From the NCBI GenBank assembly GCA_001275005.1, contig JWZX01002689.1:1-54847 (forward strand): a DNA stretch of 54,847 nt, read 5' to 3'. The DNA is from Chrysochromulina tobinii (lineage: Eukaryota). Positions 1 to 9,561 of the stretch are shown here, in pieces. Numbering within the stretch: the first letter of the stretch is position 1; the number at the start of each line of letters is the position of its first letter. Under the pieces are notes generated by a model, which was given only the letters and a program-made list of their open reading frames with translations, was not told the origin of the DNA and did no database searches. The position numbers were made by a program, and so were the translations under genes.

Positions 1-448
1 TCCTCTGCAGAGAAGCGCACGAACCCCGACCGTCGTTCTCGTTGCCGTTCTCGCTGCAGTGCCGGCGGTGCCGGCGGAGAGGACGGAGGAGGCGGAGCCG
101 GAGACGCCGAGACCTGTTCCTGTGCGGCGCAATTCGATTGCGCCGATGCCGGCGAGGCCTGCGCGGACAGGGCCCCAAGACTCCCGAGCGGTGAAATGCT
201 CATCGCCCTTTCGCTGCCGCTGCGCGCGGCGTCATCCTTCGCCTCTTCGAGCTCGTCGTCCTCCTTCTCCTCGTCGCCCTTCTCATCCTCCTCTGATGCT
301 ACCGGCGTCCCATCGACAGTTGAGCGCTTGTCGTATGCGGGATCAGAGCCGAAATCGAGGTGCGCAACTGTCTCTGCAAGGGCCCTGATGTCCTCGGCAG
401 TAAGCCGCTGTGACCGCCGTGCCTCGCGCTGCGGTGCCGGTGGTATCA

Positions 449-449
<1 letters not shown>
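1..449 (-). CDS. Probable 5' part of a hypothetical protein running off the left edge (acidic then Pro/Arg-rich); start uncertain
   Basis: The minus frame is open from about 542 to the window edge and reads LIPPAPQREARRSQRLTAEDIRALAETVAHLDFGSDPAYDKRSTVDGTPVASEEDEKGDEEKEDDELEEAK...MSISPLGSL...PPPPSSPPAPPALQRERQRERRSGF. The Ser-rich plus-strand ORF 196..885 is its shadow. The first in-frame ATG is only at 203. Confidence 0.45.

Positions 450-486
<37 letters not shown>
449..486. repeat. (GCTT)9 microsatellite between divergent genes
   Basis: Perfect tetranucleotide run seen directly. Confidence 0.95.
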
Positions 487-593
487 GCTCGACTGTTTTC
501 AAGTTCTCGCCAGTTTTCAAGATTTTTGAGACAAAAGATTCTTCACCGTCGCGCCGGTCTTCTCGCTCCCAAGCCGAGGCTCCCTCTGGCAGG

Positions 594-2420
594 ATGCTCC
601 TCGTCCTGCTGGCGTTGCCGGCCTTCGTGTTCCCGCCACCCATGGGCATGCGTTCTTCGCAACCGGCGTTTGCGTTCGTCCTTCCAAGGAGGAGCGCAAA
701 CGTGGTTGCGACAGGACACGGGGCAGAGCAAGGCCCGGGCGAACATGATTCTCATGTGGATCACGACGACCACGGCTACGGTCACGCGGTTGTACATCAC
801 GAGGCAACAGACGGTGGCGAGCACCACGGCGGCCATGCTTCTTATGAGGCCGCAGATGGTGGCTCGGAGGGCGGCGTCTCCGTGAACGTCAACGTGGCCG
901 AACATGGTTCTCACGAGGCCTCGGCCCAAGACAACCACGAGCATGTAGTTGTTGATCGCGAGGCGGACGGCGGGCACGGCGATAACGAGGTTGCGGATCA
1001 TGAAGAGCACGGCGGGCAGGCGCACAGCGGGCATGCGCACGGCGGCCCCGAAGACGGGCATGATGCTCCCGGCGGCGAGCACGAGGTTGCGGATCAGGAG
1101 GTGCACGGCGGGCAGGCGCCCAGCGGGCATGCACATGGCAGCCACGAAGACGGGCACGCGCACGGAGGCGAGCATGGGGTTGCCGATCATGAGGGGCACG
1201 GACATGCACATGGCAGCCACGAAGATGGGCACGCGCACGGCGGCGGGCTCGAGGTTGCAGATCATGCGGGGCACGGACATGCACATGGCAGCCACGAAGA
1301 CGGGCACGCGCACGGAGGCGAGCATGGGGATGCCGATCATGAGGGGCACGAACTTGCACATGGCAGCCACGAAGATGGGCACGCGCACGGCGGCGGGCGC
1401 GAGGTTGCAGATCATGAGGGGCACGGACATGCACATGGCAGCCACGATGATGGGCACGCGCACGGCGGCGGGCACGAGGTTGCAGATCATGAGGGGCACG
1501 GGCATGCACATGATCATGAGGGGCACGGACACGCACATGGCAGCCACGAAGATGGGCACTCGCACGGCGGTGGTCACGGGGTTGCAGATCATGAGGGGCA
1601 CGGACACGCACATGGCAGCCACGAAGATGGGCACGCGCACGGCGGCGGGCACGAGGTTGCAGATCATGAGGGGCACGGGCATGCACATGATCATGAGGGG
1701 CACGGACACGCACATGGCAGCCACGAAGATGGGCACTCGCACGGCGGTGGTCACGGGGTTGCAGATCATGAGGGGCACGGACACGCACATGGCAGCCACG
1801 AAGATGGGCACGCGCACGGCGGCGGGCACGAGGTTGCAGATCATGAGGGGCACGGGCATGCACATGGCAGCCACGACGACGGGCACGCGCACGGCGGCGG
1901 GCACGGGGTTGCAGATCATGAGGGGCACGGACATGCACATGGCAGCCACGAAGATGGGCACGCGCATGGCGGCGAGCACGGGGTTGGGGGGCACGAGGCC
2001 GCACATAGTGGTGCGGAGGGCGGCGTCACCGTGAACGTCAATGTCAACGTGAACGGGGCCGCCGAAGAGCACGGCCACGGCCACGAGAACAACGGCGGGC
2101 ATGCTCACGGCGGCCATCACGGCGTCGACGACCACCATCACGGGGGCGGGCATGGCCATCATGGGGGGCACCACAGCGGTCACCATCACGCCCATCACGA
2201 TGAGGAGGAAGAGGAGGAGGAAGAAGAGGAAGAGGAGCACCACCACCACCACCACCACGGAGGCGGGCATGGCCATCATGGGGGGCACCACAGCGTTCAC
2301 GAACATGGCCACCATCACGGGGGGCATGGCCATCATGGGGGGCACCACAGCGGTCACCATCACGCCCATCACGACGAGGAGGAAGAGGAGGAGGAAGAAG
2401 AGGAGGAGGAAGAGGAAGAG

Positions 2421-2455
<35 letters not shown>

Positions 2456-2912
2456 GGAGCACCACCACCACCACCATCACGGAGGCGGGCACGACCATCA
2501 CGGGGGGCATCACGGTGGGCACCACAGCGTTCACGAACATGGCCATCACGGGGGCCATCACGACGTCCACGACGACGGCGGGCACCGGCACGTGTCGTAC
2601 GTGTCAGACGACGGCGGACACTTTGGCTCCTTCGACGGCGGCGATGGCGATGGCAACCTTAATTTTTTGTTTTTGCCGCTTGCGACCCTCTTTGGCATTG
2701 TCTTGGGCATCATCATCCGCGACTCGCAGCTGCAAAACGTGTACTATGGCGACGGCGGCTTTCCTCCGCCTTCGGGCGGCTTTCCTCCGCCTTCGGGCGG
2801 CTTTCCTCCGCCTTCAGGCTTTGGTGGCTACTCGCCGATGAGCTTCCGCCAACCGTTCGACGGCCGTCCATCTCGATCTCCATACGATATGTACCGTGAT
2901 GATTACTATTGA
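594..2912 (+). CDS. His/Gly-rich repetitive type I membrane protein with poly-Glu and poly-His tracts
   Basis: ATG at 594 gives signal-like MLLVLLALPAFVFPPP. Then 25-aa His repeats, two Glu tracts each followed by H7, a TM helix (LNFLFLPLATLFGIVLGIII) and a short tail with GGFPPPS x3 and Tyr-rich end. Confidence 0.85.
1128..1995 (+). repeat. Coding tandem repeat, ~75-nt unit (VADHEGHGHAHGSHEDGHAHGGGHE), about 11 copies, with a 177-nt higher-order duplication
   Basis: gcacatggcagccacgaagatgggcacgcgcacggc recurs. The 59-aa block containing the DHEGHGHAH insert occurs twice. Confidence 0.9.
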
Positions 2913-3285
2913 GCGCGTAGGACATACGACCGGAGGCGACATACGGACTATAGTAAACTTGATTCTAATTTAGTGATAATGGACTACTCACAGACACAGT
3001 ATAAAACTGCCATAGAGATAACACCTAACGGGACGGAGACTAACGACTAAACATTGAGCTAACAAATGAGCCGGGACGGCCGCTCCACGCAGCGCGCGCC
3101 GCCCGGGGGCGCCCACCCGGCGCGGTGCGGCGAGCGCAAACGGCAGAGGGCAGGCGGGGCTGCGCCGTGGCAGCGACGGCAGCGGCTGCGCCGTGGCAGC
3201 GACGGCACAGCGTGCGCGGGACGGCGTCGCCGGCGCGTGGGCCGCAGCGGAAGCTTGGCTCGCGTCGGCCGCGTGTCACCTGGAC

Positions 3286-3395
3286 CTCACCACGGCGCAA
3301 CATCTTAGCTCACCACGGCGCGACATCTCGTATGCGCTCACCACGGCGCGACCGCCCGAATGAGCTCACCACGGCGCGACAGCTCGTATGCGCTC
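3286..3395 (-). repeat. Four tandem copies of the terminal codons and stop of the 3366..4481 gene
   Basis: ctcaccacggcgc occurs at 3286, 3309, 3337 and 3365 (spacing 23/28/28). On the minus strand it reads APW-stop. Confidence 0.85.
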
Positions 3396-4481
3396 CTCGA
3401 GAAAGATGAGCTTGAGCAGCTCAGGGAGTATCTCGCGATGGCGAATGCCTAGCAGCTGCTGCACCTCGCCCGACGCGAGCGCGTCGTCATGCTGGCCGTC
3501 GCTGAGCGCGGCCTGCTGCAGGCGGGTGTGCGCCGCCTCAAACGTGGCGCTGCCGAGGCTGCGCATCAGCCGCTCACGCAGCTTGGCGACGCTCGGCGCG
3601 CCGCTACTGCCCTTGTCGAAGAGACCAAAGGAAGGAGAGGCGGTTGCACTCGCCGAGTCGTTCTCTCGAGTGCTGCCAGCCTGGACGAGCGCCGCGAGCT
3701 CTGCCTCGAAGGCCGTCTGCGCGCCGCTCGTGAGTGCCTCGCGCATGATCTCGTCGGGGTCGGCAAGCTCGAGCAAGCGCCGCGAGTGTGGCGAGCGTCG
3801 TGGCGAGCGTCGTCCAAGCGCGAGCGAGGTGAACCGAGCACCGCGCTGCTGCGGAGTGGGCGGCACTGGAGGAGCGCCCGCCTCGGCAGTCAGCGCGGCA
3901 GCGTCGCTTACCTGCACTGGCATCGGATCCACTGGCTCCCGAGTCTGGGGCTGCTCGGGCGAGCCCACCGTGGAGAGAGCCCCGGCTTTGAGCGGCGACG
4001 CATTCCGCCGCTGCTGATGACGTCGATCGAGCTTCTTTGCCAGCGCCTCTGGCACCTTGACAGCGTCGCCACCCTTTGCTGTCACAAGACGCGCGTTCGC
4101 TGCATGACGCTGCGAGCGCGGTGTCGCCGTGCCGCCGCAATCTGCCAGTATGCGACGCTTGTTCCAGTCAGCACCGGCCTTGAGCTCGGAGAAAGCAGCG
4201 CGGCGAGCTGTCGGGCTGATCGCGCCTGGGCTGCGAGACGGCGGCGTGTACGATCCCTTCGGGCTGCGAGATGGCGGCGTGCAAGAAGAGCCTTTAGAGC
4301 TGTCTCCAACGTGTCCGCGCTTGGGAGGCGTCTGTAAGCGCTGATCGGCCATCCGAGTCTCCGCCTCGCACGGCAAACCGCTGCTTCCGCTCGCAAAGAG
4401 CGGCCATTCTTTCGTATCGGACGCGCCCGGAGGCACAGCGCGGAGCGGCGAGTTTTTCCGGCGATTGGATGCCTTGGGCAT
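3366..4481 (-). CDS. Low-complexity protein with a NIMA-related kinase (NEK1/4/11-type) C-terminal helical domain and no kinase domain
   Basis: C-terminus VAKLRERLMRSLGSATFEAAHTRLQ...VQQLLG...LPELLKLIFLEE resembles the conserved NEK C-terminal helical module. Likely start is MPKASN at 4481 (alternative MADQRL). Confidence 0.6.
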   Translation of the reverse strand: MPKASNRRKNSPLRAVPPGASDTKEWPLFASGSSGLPCEAETRMADQRLQTPPKRGHVGDSSKGSSCTPPSRSPKGSYTPPSRSPGAISPTARRAAFSELKAGADWNKRRILADCGGTATPRSQRHAANARLVTAKGGDAVKVPEALAKKLDRRHQQRRNASPLKAGALSTVGSPEQPQTREPVDPMPVQVSDAAALTAEAGAPPVPPTPQQRGARFTSLALGRRSPRRSPHSRRLLELADPDEIMREALTSGAQTAFEAELAALVQAGSTRENDSASATASPSFGLFDKGSSGAPSVAKLRERLMRSLGSATFEAAHTRLQQAALSDGQHDDALASGEVQQLLGIRHREILPELLKLIFLEERIRAVAPW

Positions 4482-4718
4482 CGGACGGCTGACGAGCCCG
4501 CGCCGCCGCGCCGAGGCGCCACGCAGGGTGTCGGCCTTTTGCGTCGGGCGCGTCCAAAACGCTCCCAAATTTTTGACGAAATTGTTTATGTTGGAGAGTT
4601 TGAATCGCAATGTCCCTTCATTCCAGACCCTTTGGCTTCGACTTGGGCAAAGTTCGCACTTGCACGCGCTCGCGGAACAGCGACTCGGCAATTATCGGCC
4701 TTGCCGTGCTCCCAGCAC

Positions 4719-7595
4719 ATGTTGCTCTTCGCACTCGCGCTCCTCGCTGCAGATGGTTTCCATCCCGAGCCGCCCGAGATGCTCGACATCAGCGACCGGG
4801 ATTTGCAGCGCGCCGACTCGACCTTTGGGCTCCTCGTCATGTTCGGGAGCCGCCACTGCGAGCCGTGTGCCACTCTGCGGCCCCACCTGACTGCGCTGCA
4901 GCTGCAGCTCAACAGCGACGGCATCGCCGTTCTCATGGGTGCACTCGACACGGATCGCTACTCGCAAGTGGCCGATGAGCTCGGCATCACGCACCATCCG
5001 TCGTTTGCGTTCTACGCCGCCCAAGACGCCAAGCCGCCGCGGCTCTACACAGGCGGCAGCTCGATGCGCGAGCTGCTGAATTGGGTGCTGGAGACGTACG
5101 AGCAAGCTCGCGTGCGCAAAGGCAGTGCGTCGCCTTATCGGCCGCGAACGCTGGCTGACACGCGGATGATGCATCCAAATGCGGAGCTGGTCCCGGGGCA
5201 CGGCCGGACAAGTGTCCTGCAGCCTCTCCTCGAGGAGCGACCCCCGGCGCCCGAGAACCTCAGGCCCGCCACGCCCGTCGAGTGCGGCGGAAACGCACGC
5301 ACCGCGCTCGCCGTCATCGGCGGCCAGCTCGAGCTCAGCGTCGGCGCGGAGCGCGAGGGCACGCCGGTGGCCGCCGCCGTCGGTGCGTGGGATGCGACTG
5401 GCGCTCGCTTTGTGCCGCTGGGACAGCCGCAGTCGGCCGAGGGCACCGCGACGCGCACCGGCGGCGGCACGCTCGCGGGCGATGCACGCGTGCTCGCGCG
5501 CAACCGCACCGGGTGCATCTTTGCCGCGGGCACGCTCCGCCCGTCGGCGACCGCAGCGCGAGGCTTCGAAGGCGCCGAGGAGCTCGTGGCGCGCTGGCAG
5601 ACGACGTTAGGATGGCAAGCGCTTCATGGCCCACTACGAGCGGCGGGCGGCGCCGCTCGTGCTGAGCGTCGTGCCGAGCGTTTTGCCGGGCGCGGGCGCA
5701 GCGACTGGGGTGTCGACGAAGACGGCGAGCGCCGTCCCGAGCATCTCGGCGACGCGAGCGACGAGGACGAGGACAATGCTCGGGACGGCGCTCGGGATAA
5801 CAACGCTCGGGACGGCGCTCGGGGCCACGCTCGGGACGACGCGTCGGCGGCCGTCGCGTACGCTGCTCGGGACGGCGCGATCGCCGCGCTTTGCGTGCAC
5901 GGCTCGACCCTCTACGTGGGCGGCGGCTTCACGCTCCGCCCTCTGGGCCTCGACTGCGCGAGCGCCGAGTCGAGCGCGGGCGCCGAGTCGAGCGCGGGCG
6001 CCGTGTCGAGCGCTGGCGAGGGTGCGAGCGCCGAGGGCTACCGGTACAGCCGCGCCGAGCGCGTGCGTGATCTGTGCCGTCCATTGGAAGGCGCCGTGTC
6101 GAGCGGGGGGCGGCGCGAGGTGCGCTTTGTGGCGGCGTGGCACGCCGAGACGAGTGAGTGGTCCGCCCTCGGCGGCGGCGTGGATGCGGCCGTGACGGCG
6201 CTCGCCCTCGACGGCGCGCGAGGCGTGCTGTTCGTCAGCGGCAGCTTCTCGCGTGTCGGCGCGTTGGCCACGCCGAGCGGCCTGGCCGCTTGGGACGGCG
6301 CGCGGTGGCGCGCGCCGTCCCGCGCAGTGAGCAGCCTGCCGAGGGGCTCGCGGCTCCTACAGCTGCTGGTGGGTGGCAGCCGGCTGTTTGCACGTTCCGA
6401 GGATGGGAGTGTGCATGTGCTCGCAGACAGCGGCGAATGGTCGGTGCTGCCACGACTGCCCGCACCGCTACGGACGGTTTCAACGCTCGCATGGCTCGAT
6501 CGTCCGCTCGAGACGACGCTCGAGAGCGCCGTCGTGAGCGCCGGCGAGGCGGGTACGGCCGAGAAGGTCGAGGACGGCGGCGGGCAGTACATACCGGTAA
6601 TACCGGAAGGGCAGCTTCTCGCGGCGGGTGACTTTGTGAGGTACGAGCGGAGTGGTGAGATGGGCGGCGTGGTGGCTTGGGATGGGCGTGAGTGGCGCCC
6701 TCTCGGCAGCACACGCACGAGTGCTCACGACGGCGCGCGCGACGACCAGGCGCCCGGGGGCAGTGCTGCTCGCCACGACGCTCGCACGCCGCCCGAGGGC
6801 ACTGGGGTGCGCTGGGGGCTGATCACGGCTTTGAGCATCGGCGTACTGCCGTGGGGCTCCAGCTCCACTGGGCTGCTCGCCGCAGGCCACTTTGGGCGCA
6901 GCCACGGCATGGCATGGTGGCGCGGTTGGGTGGACTGGGAGCTCGTGCAGGGCACGGGGACCGTGCGCGCGCTCTCGCTCGCCGATCGCGCCGTGCGGGG
7001 GCTCGAGGCGCCCACGACGGCGCGCGGACCTGCGCTCCGCTGGCCCACCACGGCGCCGGCGAGCGTCGTGGCGGGCGAGCCGATGTGGGTCGAGGTGGCA
7101 CCGCCTTCATCCACGTCAGAGTCGCAGGCGACGGGCGAGGGCGCCGTGGTGAGCGTACCGGTAGTCCGATGGGAGTCCTCTGTGGAAGGGGATGGTCCCT
7201 CTGTGGACGGTCCCTCTGGGGCTGGCCCGTCACCAGGCCCAGCACCGGTACCGGCACCCGCGTCGCCGCAGCGTGTTGGCGTGGCGGCGCTCGCGGCAGT
7301 CGAGCAATTTGAACGCCGCAAGGCGCGATACGGCCACCCAAACGATCGGCTGCTGCTCGGAGTGCTGCTAGTGTTGCCGCCGCTCTTCATCGCGTACTAT
7401 GCAGTGCAGGCACGAACCGACTCAAGCGTCCTCACGGCGCGAAGCCGCGCGCCCTCGCCGGCGCAGGCGTGGCTGACGGAGACAGGGCGCAAGCTATCGG
7501 CACGAGCTGGCACGGCGGCGCATACGCTGCAGGATGTTGTGCTGCGCAATGCGGAGCGGGTATTGGAGCGCGCGCTCATAGTACGGACAAGATAA
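4719..7595 (+). CDS. Secretory-pathway thioredoxin/PDI-like domain + Rax2-like beta-propeller + TM protein
   Basis: Signal MLLFALALLAADG. Thioredoxin fold with CEPC and YTGGSSMRELLNWV. Propeller blades LYVGGGF, WSALGGGVDAAVTALA, LFVSGSFSRVG, LAAWDGARW, VVAWDGREWRPLG. TM LLLGVLLVLPPLFIAYYAV. Confidence 0.75.
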   Translation: MLLFALALLAADGFHPEPPEMLDISDRDLQRADSTFGLLVMFGSRHCEPCATLRPHLTALQLQLNSDGIAVLMGALDTDRYSQVADELGITHHPSFAFYAAQDAKPPRLYTGGSSMRELLNWVLETYEQARVRKGSASPYRPRTLADTRMMHPNAELVPGHGRTSVLQPLLEERPPAPENLRPATPVECGGNARTALAVIGGQLELSVGAEREGTPVAAAVGAWDATGARFVPLGQPQSAEGTATRTGGGTLAGDARVLARNRTGCIFAAGTLRPSATAARGFEGAEELVARWQTTLGWQALHGPLRAAGGAARAERRAERFAGRGRSDWGVDEDGERRPEHLGDASDEDEDNARDGARDNNARDGARGHARDDASAAVAYAARDGAIAALCVHGSTLYVGGGFTLRPLGLDCASAESSAGAESSAGAVSSAGEGASAEGYRYSRAERVRDLCRPLEGAVSSGGRREVRFVAAWHAETSEWSALGGGVDAAVTALALDGARGVLFVSGSFSRVGALATPSGLAAWDGARWRAPSRAVSSLPRGSRLLQLLVGGSRLFARSEDGSVHVLADSGEWSVLPRLPAPLRTVSTLAWLDRPLETTLESAVVSAGEAGTAEKVEDGGGQYIPVIPEGQLLAAGDFVRYERSGEMGGVVAWDGREWRPLGSTRTSAHDGARDDQAPGGSAARHDARTPPEGTGVRWGLITALSIGVLPWGSSSTGLLAAGHFGRSHGMAWWRGWVDWELVQGTGTVRALSLADRAVRGLEAPTTARGPALRWPTTAPASVVAGEPMWVEVAPPSSTSESQATGEGAVVSVPVVRWESSVEGDGPSVDGPSGAGPSPGPAPVPAPASPQRVGVAALAAVEQFERRKARYGHPNDRLLLGVLLVLPPLFIAYYAVQARTDSSVLTARSRAPSPAQAWLTETGRKLSARAGTAAHTLQDVVLRNAERVLERALIVRTR

Positions 7596-7671
7596 AAATA
7601 TACTTCGCACAGCTTGAATTACAGAAAATTCTGTGAGCCTTCTTCACAGCCCTGCGGAAAAACCGTATCAA

Positions 7672-9297
7672 ATGCTCGCCGTCTTCATCGCCAGCATTCT
7701 CTCTCCGGCGGTACCGAATGCGGATGCGATCCCTGAGTTGCCCGATTACGGCACTCCACCGACGCTGCAGTGGTCGGGGTTTCTCAATGCCTCCAAGGCG
7801 GAGCCGGGCACCTTCCTCCATTACTGGTTTGCGGCAGCCGAGTTGCCGGACTGGCAGAAGAAGCCGACGATTCTCTGGTTGAACGGCGGTCCGGGCTCGA
7901 GCTCGCTCATCGGCATGCTGCAGGAGATGGGTCCGCTGATCGTCGATCGCAATGGCGCTCTGATGAAAAACCCCTGGGCGTGGACGAAGATTGCCAACTT
8001 AGTTGCGATGGAGTCTCCTGCAGGTGTGGGGTACTCATATTGTGCGGCCATGCTCACAGGCGGCTCGTGCGCCAACACTGACGTGTCGACAGCCAAGGCT
8101 GCCGCAGCCGCGATCGCTGACCTGTTCAGCACCAAGTTTCCGGAACTTCGTGCCAACCCGTTCTTCATCTCAGGCGAGTCGTATGCTGGCGTCTACGTCC
8201 CGACGCTTGCGGCCGAGATCGTCAAGGCAAACAAAGCCGGCGCGCCGCACATCAATCTCGTCGGTCTGGCCGTGGGCGATCCATGCACCGACAACACGGC
8301 GCAGGCCGACAGCATGGACATGCTCTGGTACGCGCACAAGTACGGTCTCGTGCCCGACGCCGAGTTTGACTTCTTATGGAATACGTGCCGGACTCGTGCA
8401 CCTTCGGCAGTGGGCGCGGGTGAGTGGCGGGCCGAGGCCTCGGTGGCGGGGCACGTGCGAGTACGGCCGACGCGCCGATCCTATGCAACTGCAACCTCGC
8501 CGGCAGACCAGGACAATTGCACGATCGCGTACCGCAAGTTCCTTGTATCCTCGAGCAAGGCGATCTCACAAGACTGGGACCTTCAGTACATCAACGAGCT
8601 CTCGTACTACTCTCCCGCCGCGCCCTTCCGCTGGGACGTGCCTTACACGCTCAACGGGCGCACGGCTGCGTACATGAATCGCGACGACGTCAAGAAGGCG
8701 CTGCATGTGGAGACGGCGCCCCAGACCTCATGGCCTGGGCCGCCAGACGGATGGAGTTACAAGTCGAGCTACGACGCGTGCAATGGCGGTGACAAGCTCT
8801 CCAACAAGTCGATGATCGACTTTTACCGCGAGCTTGCCCCAGCACTTCCGGGCAAGATCGTGGTGTTCAACGGCGACACCGACCCGTGTGTCTCGTATGA
8901 GGGTACTCGGACCGCCATCGAGCGGGTCGGCTTCCAAGAAGTGTCCCCCACGCGCCCGTGGTTTTTCAATGCGAGCGCCGCGACGTCGGAGTTCCTGCTG
9001 CAAAAGGACTTGCTCTTTGGGCCGGCCCTCGCAACCGTGGACGCCGGCCCCCAATTCGGCGGGAACATCGTCGATTACGAGCACAACCTCTCCTTTGCGA
9101 CTGTGCACGGCTCCGGGCATATGGTTCCGACGTACCGCCCGCAAGCCGGGCTCAAACTCATTCAGCACATTGTCGAGGATACGCCGTTTGCCCCGCCCGT
9201 GCCGTCCGATGCACAGATTCTCTCCATGTCCGAGGATGACTTTGACGCTTTCCTCGACACGTGGGTGGTAACGGCGAAGACGGCGCATTACGTCTGA
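7672..9297 (+). CDS. Serine carboxypeptidase, family S10
   Basis: Signal peptide; WLNGGPGSSS, ESPAGVGYSY, catalytic GESYAG, NGDTD and GSGHMVP motifs. Confidence 0.95.
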   Translation: MLAVFIASILSPAVPNADAIPELPDYGTPPTLQWSGFLNASKAEPGTFLHYWFAAAELPDWQKKPTILWLNGGPGSSSLIGMLQEMGPLIVDRNGALMKNPWAWTKIANLVAMESPAGVGYSYCAAMLTGGSCANTDVSTAKAAAAAIADLFSTKFPELRANPFFISGESYAGVYVPTLAAEIVKANKAGAPHINLVGLAVGDPCTDNTAQADSMDMLWYAHKYGLVPDAEFDFLWNTCRTRAPSAVGAGEWRAEASVAGHVRVRPTRRSYATATSPADQDNCTIAYRKFLVSSSKAISQDWDLQYINELSYYSPAAPFRWDVPYTLNGRTAAYMNRDDVKKALHVETAPQTSWPGPPDGWSYKSSYDACNGGDKLSNKSMIDFYRELAPALPGKIVVFNGDTDPCVSYEGTRTAIERVGFQEVSPTRPWFFNASAATSEFLLQKDLLFGPALATVDAGPQFGGNIVDYEHNLSFATVHGSGHMVPTYRPQAGLKLIQHIVEDTPFAPPVPSDAQILSMSEDDFDAFLDTWVVTAKTAHYV

Positions 9298-9561
9298 AAC
9301 CTGGCTCCACACCACAAAGGAATGAGGATGCGATGACGGGCGGTGGTTCCGGTCGGAGGTTCGGAGCGGTGTAGGAAAGGGGCGGATGCTGACTCGTGTG
9401 TGGGGTGGGTGTGGGGTGAGGAACTGACTCGAGGTGTCAAGTCAAGTCCACTTTTACATACTAAGCTGTGAATTCTGTCTTGAATTTGCTGACCGATTTT
9501 CCAGTCGAAAGTCAGACCTCGAAACGAGGGTCGAAACGGCGTCCCGCGAGAGGGTCTCAGC

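Noticed and set aside
543..2591. 682-aa hydrophobic minus-strand ORF and other overlapping frames across the His-rich gene
   Set aside because: Antisense or frameshift shadows of a stop-poor repeat. Only the plus frame has a coherent signal-ectodomain-TM-tail layout.
2960..3050. AT-richer segment sharing a TATC(T/G)CTATGG word with 30525-30536, as a possible transposon end
   Set aside because: The match is too short, and no terminal inverted repeats, target-site duplication or transposase were found.
3155..3395. Short direct repeats with variable spacers, CRISPR-like at a glance
   Set aside because: Repeats are only 13-26 nt with very short spacers and derive from the neighbouring gene end.
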